Assembly (NCBI GenBank): GCA_002633005.1
Contig: NMRA01000100.1
Coordinates: 144,497 to 208,496 of the forward strand
Source of the DNA: Phoronis australis
Taxonomy: Eukaryota > Animalia > Phoronida
Direction: 5' to 3'
DNA: 64,000 nt
Shown here: piece after piece, positions 10,901 through 25,900 of the stretch
Position numbering within the stretch: position 1 is the first letter of the stretch
Layout of the letters: every line of letters starts with the position of its first letter
Notes under the pieces: generated by a model
What the model saw: only the letters and a program-made list of their open reading frames with translations
What the model was told of the DNA's origin: nothing
Database searches by the model: none
Translations under genes and position numbers: made by a program

Positions 10901-13900
10901 ATGGGAGCTCCAACAATTTTGTTGTGCATACTTCTATATACTTTGTTGATCCTTGAGCGTGCACCGCAACATGGAGAGCTTGCTTTTTTACACCATGAGA
11001 CCCCCCTCTCCTTTACGTGGTGACAAAGAAACTCGAGTCGGTAGCTTTTCTGGTATAATCGACTTGTTGGAAGAGCAGATTTACAGATGTTGGCCTATTG
11101 TGAATCTGCTTTGTAGGCCATGGGAGCTTATGTTTCATTGTATCCTGAAGCTGCGCATTTTTGATGATTTTCTCCTTTTTCATGAGTGAGACGATTCATC
11201 TCAATTACACGGTTTCCATATCTCGTCCTGGGTGCAAAAACAATGTGCCATTGCAACACTTGAAGACAGATATTCTGAACATCAGTTGGTTGCCACAGTC
11301 TATCGCTCCTTGCAACTTGTTTTCATCACCAGTTATTAGAACTAGGGATTCTATTTATGATGTTGGTTTTGGGCCAAATTAGTAATAGAAGTCTCAACAC
11401 AATTGTTGTCGGCATTGTGTGTTTACATATATACATGTCCAACATTTCGATGAAAATCACTTCACCATTCTCAATGAAAATATGCAACCAGCACAATTAT
11501 GGTTACAACTAACAAGAACAACTAAATCCAAACTCACTAAATGCATAGCAGTCAGATTCAGAGCTCTCCCCAGAGGGTGAGCTCAATCAACCTCAGGCTG
11601 CCATTCAGCGAAGGAGTTAAGTTGTGTATGTTCATGCGCGCACACAGCCTTTGATTTGGGGGGGCTCGAATTCCTGACGTTGTGGACCTTTTGGTAACAA
11701 AAAAGCGGGCGGACTAAAAAAACGGGGGCACCACTGTGAATTGTGCGTTTTTGCCTTTGTGCTGTTTAATGGACTTTTATCTCGTTCTCTCAGACTTCTT
11801 GTTTCTCAGAGACGGACCTTTTTGCCCACTTCGCCAAATGGGGGGGAGGCTCATTTGAGCCCCTGAGCCCTCCCCTGGGTGTGTGCATGATGTTTCACCA
11901 TATGCATGCATGACTGGAACTTTTCTAGGTTACTTTAGTTACTCTCCTTCATAAGTGGATAACTGAAGCAGAGCATGAGTTCCCACTTAAAAGAAAGCAC
12001 TTATGTAATGGTATCGGGCCTCACTTAAATATTAGTCCATGACACATCTAGGTGGCCACATAGCAGTTCAATTACCGTATTCGCCGTAATAACCGCCCAG
12101 GGCGCTTAGAAAAGTTCGGTTCAGGGAGGCGCTTATTATAACCCAAGGCGGTTGAAACCCGGTCTCCGAAACAGGTGAAATCGGAAGCTAAGATTCATCA
12201 AATTTATGCTCTGTGACGTATATGTAATCTATGAAAGACTTTCAACAAAACTGTGGTGCATTGCTATCAAACTTTGCAGCTAAATTACGATCATTTTACA
12301 AAAAATTGTGCTGAAATCCCAGGGCGAAAACTCGCCGACTGACTTCCTCGAAATTGCCGTCTTCGAAATGGCGACTTCAATGCTTGAATAAAAATGGTTT
12401 CAACTCAAGCAAATTACCTGAAATCCTCATTAAGTTTTATAAGTAGCGTCTCTAAGATTTTTTAAGTTCCCGTGGTGTCTGGATTAACTGCAGGTTTAAG
12501 TACAAATCTGTGCTACATCATGCCATCAACATGTATGATCGGCAACACGGCGAGAAAAATGTCTGGACGAACACACATGTTGTTGTCACGCGACGTTTGT
12601 TTTGAAGTTCGTCTGCGAGTAAGCGAGCGCGTGCATGTCACCAGAGTTCATTTGCCAAAGCAGAGGCCGTCTTTTGGCCAGAGCCACGCAATCTAACTAG
12701 CTAGATGTGTCTAAAGAAATTTGTACAATCAGTAGGCCTAAACCAGAGCGTGTTTCATTCAGCACTTGCCGGTCTCGTGCTGAAAACTTTCGACATTTGT
12801 CTCGGTAAGGCCCATATTAGTCGCCTTGTAGTTGGATGCGTACGTAACTATCAGTTATTTTTCGGTGTAAGGGTGTGTAAGCATTCACTGTCAGTTGTCA
12901 TTTTATCGGAAATTCGGCTTAAAAACACCAATTATGGTTAATCAAACAATCCATCTCAAAAATAACGCTAACATGTTTTATAATATTAGAAACTGTCGGA
13001 AATTAGTGCCAATATTCATTTCTTATCGATGCTATGCTACCCGTTACATGAATGGATAGTTCCCGACTAATGTATCTCATGACAGGTTCAGGTATGTAGT
13101 GCGAGCTTCCTGGCCACGTGCGTTTAACACCGAGTTATTTTTATTCATGAGACATTCGATGTGTGTACTGAAAAGTCAGACCATAGTGGTACACGCGGTC
13201 ATCTAGTAGCGAGAGCGTAGCAACGCTGTTGTGTTCTTTTTGAAGCGCTGCGTTACTTTGAAGTGTAAAGTCACGGCTAAATACAAACGTAGCAGTACCG
13301 CTTACGGTCTAGTAGACCTGTGCAAAATTTTTTTTTGATAAATTGAAGACGTTACTGTAGCCGAGTTTTAGGACTTTAGGTACGTCATTGTTCGCATGTA
13401 CACGTTCATGGACTGGGTGCTTATTTCAGCAAAGTCTGAAAATGCGTGGGGGACGCTTATAGGGGCATGGGCGGTTATTACGGCGAATACGGTATTTGTG
13501 AAGAGTGTGGAATTCAAACAGCAAGGCACCTTGGCTCTGATTTATACTTTTAGCAAAGTGGAGTAATCACAAGCAGAAACAATGGAGTTTATGTATTGAT
13601 AACTGACTTCACATTCAAATCATACAAAATACAACGGATCATACAAGATACAATGGATCGTACAAGATACAATGGGCATTAGATGACAAGTTGATTCTGG
13701 TTTTTACTCCGTTACTTACAATGATGTCTCCAACTGCATCATTGCAAATTTGGTGTGTGCACCGTCTTTGGGACCGTTCAACGGTTTCTCTCTGTCTGAG
13801 CTTACCGAAGTTGTTTTGGTAGTTGATGGGTACGCCTTCTTTCTGCTGAACTTAGCTCGCAGCAGCTTAGCTACTTTCTTTGTGCACACAAAAGCTAAAC

Positions 13901-16900
13901 ATATGAACAGTCCTTGAAGTGAGTTGAGTACTATGAAAATATATGTTGACCAAATGGTATCGGTAAACGACTGTATGAAGCCAAATATCCATGTCAGACC
14001 CATGATTGTCGCCAGTTTCATGTAGAGTAACAATTTGCACTGTTTTCGTTGTGCCTCCTGAAATAACCGTGCCGTTTTCATGGCTTTGTGTATGCCCCAT
14101 ACTGTGATGCAGAAGAGGATGAAGTTGGCTACGGTTAGCACCCCGGCGGGTATAACAAAAAACACCAGCACAGCGTCCCTGTTGGTGATGAAGCACAGTC
14201 CGTTGGCGTAGCTCGGGACGATGATGAAATCACCGGTATCCAATGAAGTGCTGTTTATGTCGATTAGTATGGCCGACGCTATGATCAAAAGGGGCAGTAA
14301 CCACCCATATAGGGAGTAACACACAAATGTCTTCAGTGTAGTTGGCTGACTGCTACCTTTTACACATGCAAACACTCTGCATAAATCATACGCTATTACG
14401 CTCATCCAGAAGAAGGACGCCAGAAAGAAGTAGTGTATTGCTACTCCAATAGCGTAGCACAGGTGCCAGTGTTCAGTTTGTGCAATCCCAGTTACGAATA
14501 ACAGCTGCGCTAAGAACAGAGCCAGTGCAAGACTCATCAAACACATTCCGGGAATATTTTGCAAAGCTTTGAAGACTAGATAAATTATTATCAGTATTGC
14601 TAACGACACAATCGATATGATCTGACCAATCAGTGATACGAGTGCCTGAGTCTCGTCGAAGGTTATCCGGAAAATTGGAAATGTCTTGTTGAATTGATGC
14701 GTTATGTTTTCTGAAAAGTATTGAGTTGGAACACAGGCTTGCAGAACGTGTGTGCCATTGACACTAATGTTCCTGTAGTATGTTTCATTGAGCACAAAGT
14801 CCTCATTATGTATGAACAACGAATTATTTTTGTACAGAGTGTAATCGTTTTCCTTCAAACTGATAAGGTGACAATTCAGAGGGAGGTCTACAAAGGTCTC
14901 GAATGTTGTGTTTGGCGAACTATTTAACTGGACGTTCAACAAGGGAGGAATTCTCGGTTTTGTGTTTGTTGAAACGCACTTTCCATTTTTGAAGATCTTT
15001 GACTTTCCACAGTTGATAGCATAGCATATGTTTCCAAGTGATAGTCGACCATTCGGACATTTGACACTTTTCCTTTGCGTCTGCACTTTAGATCCCTTGC
15101 TTTCCACTTCAACTATGGACGAGCTTTTTCCTTTCCCGTTAACGCTAAAGAGAAGTGATATGGGTCTGTATCGCACTTGTCCATTGTCCTCTGGTGGAAT
15201 TATGGGAACTTGGTGTTGAGGTCTTGGATAAGGCTTTTGTGGTTCGGGAATACCACAGCTCAAATCGGCCGATTTCCCATCGCATTTTGCACAGTGCCAG
15301 TTTTTGTAGACAGTTCCGTCTCTAGAACTTACCATTGATGTGTAGTTTGCGCATAAAACAGCGTCTATTGTGCTGGAATCTGGGCACATGTCCATAATAT
15401 TGTGCCGCCTTTCTTTTGCTTCTTCACACTCGGAACTTTTCCAGTTTGGTAGAACATATTCAGAGATTTGACACCTGTTTGCCGTGGAACTGCTGCCAAG
15501 AAGTCGTCGATGTTCCTTTGTCATGTCTAAAGTGGCATTGTGCTCTGTAGTGTTTCTGGGTCGTGGCGGCGGACAAATCCATTTTACCTTCATGAATCTG
15601 ATATCGTAATCCTCATTACATAAGCTACAATAAATGTTACTGTAAANTCTACAAAGGTCTCGAATGTTGTGTTTGGCGAACTACTTAACTGGACGTTCAA
15701 CAAGGGAGGACTTCTCAGTTTTGTGTTTGTTGAAACGCACTTTCCATTTTTGAAGATCTTTGACTTTCCACAGTTGATAGCATAGCATATGTTTCCAAGT
15801 GATAGTCGACCATTTGGACATTTGACACTTTTCCTTTGCGTCTGCACTTTAGATCCCTTGCTTTCCACTTCAACTATGGACGAGCTTTTTCCTTTCCCGT
15901 TAACGCTAAAGAGAAGTGATATGGGTCTGTAACGCACTTGTCCATTGTCCTCTGGTGGAATTATGGGAACTTGGTGTTGAGGTCTTGGATAAGGCTTTTG
16001 TGGTTCGGGAATACCACAGCTCAAATCGGCCGTTTTCCCATCGCATTTTGCACAGTGCCAGTTTTTGTAGACAGTTCCGTCTCGAGAACTTACCATTGAT
16101 GTGTAGTTTGCACATAAAACAGCGTCTATTGAGCTGGAATCTGGGCACATGTCCATGGTATTGTGCCGCCTTTCTTTTGCTTCTTCACACTCGGAACTTT
16201 TCCAGTTTGGTAGAACATATTCAGAGATTTGACATCTATTTGCCGTGGAACTACTGCCAAGAAGTCGTCGATGTTCCTGTGTCATGTCTAAAGTGGCATT
16301 GTGCTTTGTAGTGTTTCTGGGTCGCGGTGGCGGACAAATCCATTTTACTTTCATGAATCTGATATCGTAATCCTCATTACATAAGCTACAATAAATGTTA
16401 CTGTAAAGGAACTTGGATCGCTTGCCATATACGGGAATGTCCATTTTCTGTCCAAACATTTCAAAATTGTTTCCAAGACGACAGTTAGTTCCTATTTCAT
16501 TATATCTTGAATGCTGAGGACACCTGTTAATAACGAAGACGGATTTCTCAGTGTTTATCCTGTTGTTAAACGCACAGCTGACTACTGCGTCGATCCACGG
16601 TCGTTTGAGAGGATCAACATAACCCGGCCCGCTGGACTTATAGTCATAACAGCAGTCTTCGTTTTTTACACAACTTGCGTCGCAGAAACAGTTTTGCGTT
16701 GAGCAGTTTGCCAATTTTCCCACGTTGCGGCTCTCATCACACGAACACTTATCATATTCACCACACATCCTGTGGCGGTCGTAGTACTCGGGCGGTGGCG
16801 GCGTGATGATGAAGCTTGGTCTCGAACTAGGTGACAGTGTAGTTGCTGTTGTCACGGAAACCAGCGCAAACCAGCAAACTGCCTGATGTAGTCCCATTCC

Positions 16901-19900
16901 TATCTGTCTTTCTGAAATTACAAAGTAGATTTTGTTAAAATACTATAGACCCACTGGCACTTGCAGTTGTAACATGTTGAAACTGGTTTAAATCTTTCCT
17001 ATAATTGCTTTGAGGTGGCGATTTGTAACATCATTTCTAAAATCTGTTGGTCTATTAACACCAGGTTCTAGCCTATTTACATTGGCACAATGTTCAGCCA
17101 GGATCAGTCCTGTTGTGCATCAGTGTTAACACTAACTACACGCCACCAGCGTACCAAACGCCCTTGCCTGGTCTTCTAAGAATGCTGTATAACTCTTTAA
17201 GATGGTCAAGGAAATGAGGGGCAGAAACGTGTCAATGTAAATAGGCCAGGGGGTAATGTAAAGAGATGTTTCAGAAATTTTGTTGCTATTATTGATACGT
17301 CTTAGATCGTAAAGCTTAGTTTTAATTTAGATCGCTTTCTGTTCAGAAACTTCCATTACTCAGATTACAGGTGCTATCTGGTCTAGTGAAGAACCGACAT
17401 CTTTTGAGTTCAACCTCACTTCTACCTGGTTATTTATCTACTACCTCTATTTATCATCTTATTTTTTTTTCATCGGTCTTTCCGTGTTAATTTCTTATTC
17501 TTTGCTTATTATTTGAATATTGCCTTTCATTTTGTAATTCTGTTAGACAAAAGTTTGTCTTACTGTCTGTATGTTTTTACTGAGTGCCCCCATGGAAAGC
17601 TGTGTGAACTGATAGGGCTACCCTCATTGTAAATATTACATTAATAAATAAATAATAAAAATTAGGAACCCTAACTGGGAATCTAGATTGCGGGTCTAGT
17701 GCTCTTACACTGAGCTTCTGAGGACACGACATCTGTGCAATTACTGTTTGCAGGCAACTGTTATGTCATAAATTCTATGAGCGGCATTTCTAACAAGATA
17801 CTACTAGTTACTAATTCCAGTATTCACTTTTAAGTACTCAGACATTGAGTGAGCAGAACCTCCCCCCAACAACCGAACAAGGACGTAACTAACCTGTTGG
17901 CAAAAATAACATTGCAGCCACTGTGTCTCTGACTAACATTTTCATTATTGAAAAAGCATGTTCATTTTTTCACTATTCGTATGAATGGAGTACTGGGATT
18001 ACAAGTCAATCTTATTTTTTAGTAATTAGAAATTCACACGAAGATGCTGGTTTAGCTAAATGGATCTGCCATTTGTGGGCCTTAGGTTTGGGATTTTGAC
18101 TTCACTGTAGTGAAGTGGGTATTGAGCCTTTCATGCTGTTGGTTTAACACAGTCTTTATCTTCCATTCTGACAAAAGTTTCTTTCATAGTTTGACTCATG
18201 CATACATGATAACTATGAATTGAAACTATGAACAACTTGTCCCTATTTTGAGAAGCCAGCATATTTGAATGGATCTGGTATGATTAGTGTTCCACCTGTT
18301 GGCCAGTGGTCTGACCAAGGCATGCAGTCTTGGGCCATATTGTGAATTCTTGTTGTATGAGTTGTTAGCATCTGGTAATTGCCCACCAATGACATTGTGT
18401 TGGGGTGCAATAGCTGCGAGAACAATTTCTGGTGGGAGGCATGTACTGTATTAAAATGCTATAAGTAGTATTGTGTTTTGTTACGTGTATCTGCCTCTGT
18501 ATTGGCAGTTTCGATAAAATGGAAATTACGAATTTACCACAACAAAATTCTTGCACTCATTTTGTAAGTGTTAACCAATGTTTGCATGGCCTACTTCAGG
18601 GGCTGAAATGACCCCTGTATCGGCCTACTTCAGGGGATGAAATGACCCCTGTATCCAGATTGATAACATTTTTGAAGTACTACTTACTAGGTGATAAAGC
18701 TCAATTGAATGGGGTCTGGTAAAAGTTCTTTAGTTTGGGGAAAAAAGAATTGCTTGTGCTTGAGGTAGACCAGGTACCAAATTTTTTAAACATGGGGCAA
18801 TACTGACCATCCTAAATTCAAAAATTGGGATGACCTGCAAATGATCATTCACGTTTATGGGGTTGCAAGAGTATGTTTTGCATGTGGTTGTTTAGGAGGA
18901 TTTTATCAATGGTTAAACTCTTTTGAGTCAAATGCAGTGTGTGATATTTGAGAAATTGATGGATGCCAAAAACACGTGTCCCAATCTTCATTATCACGAA
19001 AACTGAATTTTGTTGTCCCAAATTACAGAGATTGTCCCAAACTGGAGATTTTTACCATTAAAGTCAAATTGTATAGTGTTAAAGAAATTCAAAACGTTTA
19101 AGTAACTTAATGTTGTAACAAGATCATCACTATTTGTTCAGTTTTTGTAAAGGTTGGTAATACATGCCATGGATATTACCTGCTACTATGTACTGTAACA
19201 GCTGTGTGGAAACTAAATACCTGACAGCACCAACCTTCAGAAATGTGCCGTAATTCTCCCTGTAACCTGTTACCTAGCCTGTCACCTGGTAAAACAATAT
19301 TACGCTAAAATGCGAAACGGTTTTCAGGTATCATTTAAGACTCATTTCAGGAGGTGTATACAGGAAGAGTAAAACTTGCATGGAAAATGAGGTGAATGTA
19401 CAAAATACTTGGAGAATGACTCAGTTTGCTGCATTGGTGACTTTGGAAAGGTAGTTAAATGTCATAAAGGAAAGGGGGAAAGACCCTTTTTAGATTCTAA
19501 CCTCGTTGCTCTATGATCGATAATTAAGGTACATCGTTACCATATGCCCATACATACATAGACTGGGAGATGTCATTATATGATTTAGGGTGTACGATTA
19601 GAAATTTAATAGCCTGTAATTTGGATGATAATTCATCATGATTATCTTATTGGGTGTAATTTTCTACAGAAAAAATTGTTCAAAGGTTGCACTAGTTGCT
19701 GACGTTTCAGAAAGAATTTCATGTTTATGGAAGCCACGCTCACCCAAGTCATGTTTATAAACCCCTGTTTTTGTCCGGGTTACATTGGAGTGCCTTTTGC
19801 AACAAGTGAGCATTCCTGATGTCACGAAATAGCCACTTCAAGGCATACTGCATTACCGCAGCGCCCTCTCCCATTCTGTGGTATTTACCCACAATGCTGT

Positions 19901-22900
19901 GTCTGTTAGGGAACTTGGCCTGTCATACACTGCTTCACGGCTAATCACTATTTTACAGATTAGTTTGCCATTTCTCGATGCCAAAAACGTTTCACTGTTG
20001 CATAGCAAGTTGAAATGCAGTTATCAAAAAATTGAAAAACTGAGATAGGCGGGATCAATCATTCTTCATTTGTCTGACTCTACAGAGAAGTATTTTAACA
20101 GCTCCTCAACTTTTCGAAAACCAGACCAAAACATGCTGCATGTGAGAATTACACTCTATGTTCCGGATGGATCAATGGAGTATGTTAGAATCATAGATTT
20201 GCGGATGTATTCACTGCTGCAAACGTCATTAATTAATTCTTCGTTTAGTTTGGCTATTTTTATATTTATCTCTGTGGAGAGCTTATAAGCAACGTCAATG
20301 TAGTCAACAAAGGAACTGCAAAACAATGCTTCTGTTTTATAGTTATATTGCTTCGGAATCAGTTCCGTTCTGTTGACCAAACGCAGGATTAAGTGTTCTG
20401 GTGCCGTATGCACATCAATGTACAGAACATCTAAAGGTTAAATCATGGTGTAAGAGGCAAGTAAATATCCTTGCGTTAAACACAAAACCTTCTTAAAGGC
20501 CCTAAACTGTGTTACAGGACATGCTGTAACTATATTGAAGTTATCTTCATTTCAATAATTACTGATTTAAGAAATAATAATTTCACTCAATGATATGTAC
20601 ATTAAAGAGCTAAAAACTAAGTGTTTTTATTAAAATCCTTAAGTACTTGAAGCAAAGTAACCCCTGAGCTAAGAGCTACCGTAGTTTACAGTTCATATTA
20701 TTCTATATCAGTAAGAAATGATTTAAATTTCTATTTCTCATGCCCAAAAAGCTTAGGCTATGACATGTTAACCACCTCTAACATTTACACCTTCCTATAC
20801 TGAATTTCAGACTGTGGGATTTTTTAAACCTTAAGCAATTTAAATAACATCAGTGATTGGCCATATTATAATGGGAAATCAAAGAATAAACGCTGTAAAT
20901 TAAAACTCAATGCAGTTTTGCGTGATTTCTAAAAACATCAGGTGTTAAAGTACACTAGGTCCTCACTAGACAACCAAGTTAAAATTGGCTGAGAGCTCCG
21001 ATTTTCTACCACAGTTGTAGATAAAATGAGGATACTTGCACATCCAGCAATGTGTAGGCTGTGATTTCTATAAAACTAACAAGTTGCAGCAATAGAATTT
21101 CAAACTGACCTTGTTTGATTTTTACTGCCATGTAGAATATAATATCCAGCCTTCTTTCCAAACCACCACCACCACCAACAGCTAACAACGCCTAACTAAT
21201 GTTGATACAGTTGCTTATCGCATTCAGCTGGAGTCTTGCTGGTCCTGAATGCCTCATAGCCCAATGTAATCAAGAATTAAGACCAGTTGTTGAAGTAAAC
21301 ATTCTGCTCAAAGTTGGCCTAGTGAATCAGAGAGCTTCCAGCTGTGTTAAGAGGCTTGGTGTTAATTTTAAACAACATGGCACCTGTTGGCCCTTGCTGG
21401 GAACATGTACCAGATATCTTGGGGGATAATGCTCAATGCTGGCAACTGGTGACAATCTTCTGTCTTGCAGCCTTGGTGAATGAGAATTTGATCAGTGAGA
21501 ACTGCAACTGAGCGGCAGTTTCTTAATGAACACCTTTTTAATCACTAATTCGTACATCACTATACATGCCTACTCTCCCAAGAAATTCGAGAGCTTTTTA
21601 ATCACTAATACCTTCATCACTATATATGTACTAACTCTCCGTGGTATTTCAAGAGTCTAACATTTCCATCAATTCGCCTCGTATCCCAGAGGAAGAATTA
21701 TAACTCTGGTAAATCATAACCGCTTTTCGCTTGGGGTGACTTGACTAGAAACACGTCAACACAGCAAGAGCAACACAGAAATTCCTATAAATTTTCCTAG
21801 AAAGTTTGATTACGTTCTCAAGTTTGAAAACAAAGGCACCACTCTTAATGCATACAGTGCTACTCCAGTTAGGCATCTAGGGTGTATTTGACATCGGCTG
21901 ATGTCGTAGATGTATTAGTTTTACTGGGGACAGAAGGTCGCGGTTCGGATTGCTGTGGCCAAAAAGTGAATGTGAGCATGGAGCTCTAAAATTTGCTGAG
22001 CGTTGTGGTTTGCCACACGCTCAAAGAGATTGAGGAGGTGGGAAGAGCGTGAAATGTAGGCTAATGTTACCAGCAATCTTGTCGCCCGTGATCCTTTAGT
22101 AGCTGCCTCTTGGTTAAAAATGCCAGACGGACTGGTTAGGCACCCACAGCCGGCCTGGTGAAGCACCCACAGCCGGCCTGGTTAGGCACCCACAGCCGGC
22201 TTGGTGAAGCACCCACAGCCGGCCTGGTTAGGCACCCACAGCCGGCCTGGTTAGGCACCCACAGCTGGCCTGGTTAGGCACCCACAGCCGGACTGGTTAG
22301 GCCCCCAATACTGCAGAAGCCTGCTGCCAGTGAATGCACATGTCATTGATTCCTCTGTGTTTATATTCTTAATAATTTGAACGTTATGGTTCGACTTTTG
22401 ATCATTATGGTTTGACTTGATCGTTCTTAGATTCACTTCCGTCTAATGTAATTCGATGTTGTCATGAGAAAAGAGTTGGCAAATCGAAGTACAGCGCAGT
22501 TGTATGTATTTAGTTAGGTTGTCGTGTGTCCTGTGACCAGGATGAGTCACTTTTAGAAAATTCACGTAACCATGAAAACTCGGTTTTGGAAAATTCATGT
22601 GACGATGAAGGCTTGGTCTTGAGATTTCGATCAGTTCTGCGGTATTTTTGCCAGTAAAAATTGGCATCTCTACACCACCTCAAACTGTTATGATTACCAC
22701 ATAAAAAGTCTGAGTCAACGGGGAAAAAATCCAATGTGAGCAGAAGTCATTGCCAAACTTGTCATTTTTCAAAAAGCTTACTGAAGTGCTAAAAACACGC
22801 ATATTTTTGATTGATGACAGCTGTACCATACAAATTGCTAACCAGGAAGTAGAACTTTGTAGTGTTTTCCAGCTTGACAAAATTACAAAATTCATGAACG

Positions 22901-25900
22901 CGTTCGAAAGTCTGTGTCTATACTATGAGGATGTGAAGTTTACAAAACAGCTCTCTATAGTGAGGTTCTTTACTAAAAAAAATGCATAAATCAAGACTTG
23001 TGCATTTAAATTTACGCAAACAGCTCCGTAGCTTACCAGACAAATATAAGAGATATTGGTTGAACGAAGAGTGCACTATGTTTTTGGTGATCTGAGTCAA
23101 ATTGATGTTATAAAGTTTATCATAACATCTTAACTAGCTTTAATATTCTGTAAAGTGAGTCATCACAGCTGTAGAAAGGTGTTGGATACTGAATGCTTTC
23201 AACCAAGTTTGAACTTGGCAACATTGTATATACACTGAAAAAAGAGCCAGCACTGTGAGCTCACTTCTCTCTTGCCTGGGCTTCTAAGTAATCATTACAG
23301 TGTGTATGTGTGTGTGTCCAAACTTGAAAGGTTCTGATTGACAGTGGGCGCCAATTGATACATTGGGTGTCCTTGCCAGGGGTCCAGATTTCTGCTAGGA
23401 CATCCATTTGGACACCTAGGATGTACACCTGGGTGGAATGCTGTAATTGCCAGAGTCAAAGCAGGTGGAGAACACTGCTTTGAGGAAATAAACTATTCCA
23501 GCATATTTTGCTGTAAAATAAAGAAACTTTGCTATGTATGTGAAATGTGTACGTAGCTGCAAGATCTATTAGACTTCCGGCCATTTAGGAACTAGGTTAA
23601 CTGCTGCTGTCTAGAGATTCATTTCCTTGCAAATATTTTTGTGCTACTTGCTTTCTCTATAGATTGAAAATGGTGAGTTTTGGTGAAGATTTACATAAAC
23701 GTCCTTGCTACATTTCTAAATTATTTTCCAGTCTGCAGTACTTTGTAGAGACATGAGTCGCAGTGTCTGTTAATTTGAGTGATGACATAGGTGTTGTCAC
23801 TCAAAATACTAGTAAGAAATGTTGGTCATAGTTTCGAAGTTGAGATTACATCAGGTCGCCGTAAACTCAGTCAGGAGTCAATCATAAGATGATGGTGGTG
23901 ATCATATGGTCATGAATTCTTTATTTTTTGCGCCCTCATTCCAGTTTTCCAGTTACAGAATTGCTGATGTCATCGTTTTGTTATTCTGTCTGGCTGCGCA
24001 GACTGAAAATTACTGCAAAAGCTATCAATTCAATGTATGATTAAAACACAACTTTGAAATATGTTTACTGTTTCAATGTTGGATCCTGTACGTTCACTGA
24101 CAGAACTGTCTTCGGACTATTACCTTGCATTTAATACAACAACACGACAATAGACACAATAAAGGACGTCAATATACACAGAAAAACTGAACTGCAATAT
24201 CTAGGCTTGCACCTTCAATTGACAAGTGGCTACTGTACATATAAGTGAGTGAGTGTTAACTTTACATGGTATATTAACTACTAGTGCTAGCCACATGATT
24301 ACCTTTACATGGTATATTAACTACTAGTGCTAGCCACATGATTACCTTTACATGGTATATTAACTACTAGTGCTAGCCACATGATTACCTTTACATGGTA
24401 TATTAACTACTAGTGCTAGCCACATGATTACCTTTAATATAGGTTACTGTGGTTAGAACTTCAATGTTAATATCGTCAGTGTATTTTTGCTTCCAAGGAG
24501 GTAAAACTTGAAACAAACTTTAAATCGGCAATCATTTCTGTTCTCGTTTCAAAGTCTTTTAATTAGGAAAATCACGGGTATCAGTTTTGTCCCTCAGCTT
24601 TCATAAAATTCAAACCCTCTTAGCTTTGGTTATGTGGGACTCTGATAAATGTCCAAATTTGGAACATTAAATTCTGATGAAACTTTCGCATACTATGTGC
24701 TTTGTACACTGTTCTCAAATGAGACTTCACTTAGTAATTCCATATTTTGGGAGTTGTTTTGAAAATGTTCCACTTTTGCATGGAGGGCTGTCATAAATAG
24801 GACTTATATGATTTTTATGAAAAAACACAATAAGTTACATGAAGCAAAAACGAAGTGACATTTTAGACAAATGCGACAGCGTTTTTGAGATTTCTTCGAG
24901 AACATTTCTACCAAATGAAATTTTGCTATGTTACTGACACCATTGTTTTTAGAAACGTGCTTTCTTTTTTGTTAAATTTTGCTAAAAATACATGGCCACA
25001 TGGCCTAATTAATGACGGACTGGTAGGAAGGTATAAATCAAAGTATACATGCCTTCTACTGTCCGTAAGTACATTTGCAGTCTTAATTTCTATAGTTCTG
25101 TAGATATTTGACTACCGGTAAATGCACATACTTTTTCATAAGGTTCTACATAACCTTGACCTTACTTGTAAACTTTGCAGTAATGTTTCAAATTGTCTGT
25201 TGATTGAGCTCACCTTTGTCTGTGTTATGGCTCTCAAGTTAATTCCCACTCACAAGAAGATGTCCACAGGAACCAGCCAACAGCAGCTTTTGATCAATAA
25301 ACCAGTGATAGGAGATATCTGTCTGGCAGCTTTGCCAGTTCCGTGTTTAACTGTCCTGTAAACATGGATCTAATGGCTACCCCAAGTTTGAATGATGGTC
25401 TTGTGGTAGTGTTCATCTGTCAAGTTCTGACAGGTCTTGATAAAGTAATGCCATTGGCTGGGATTCAGGTTGGCGGCATGTTGAACTCTGGCATTGGACA
25501 TGGTTGTTAGATTATAGATTCCCATGTGCAATCCAGAGAAGTTCTGAGAATTTGCTTTAAAAATTGCACATAATTTTTTCAGATGAAACATTTTGTTGTC
25601 AGTTGTAAGAATTGCGACCTGTATTTGCTTGTTGAGAAATTGTTTGCACTGAAGATTTTGTGGTGTGAAAATTAAGATTGATGTTATTTGTACGTATTCT
25701 TCAGCATCCGATGGTATCATTCTATAAGAGCAACAGAAATCTTGATTTTGTGTAAGAGTTGTATTCACTGATAATAGTGTGTAGACTGAAAACCCTTTGG
25801 ACGAAGCAGTTCTTGGCAAATATTTTGATCTCTTTTTCTTGAAGCTGTATTTCCCCCCGGAAAAACGCGTTGAGCCTTTAATTGGTTCCCGTTATGTTCG

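Noticed and set aside
15590-16897. Separate secreted 435-aa protein or a GPCR with a duplicated ectodomain
   Set aside because: The ORF break coincides with the N and a 760-bp overlap; best explained as one gene with an assembly artefact.
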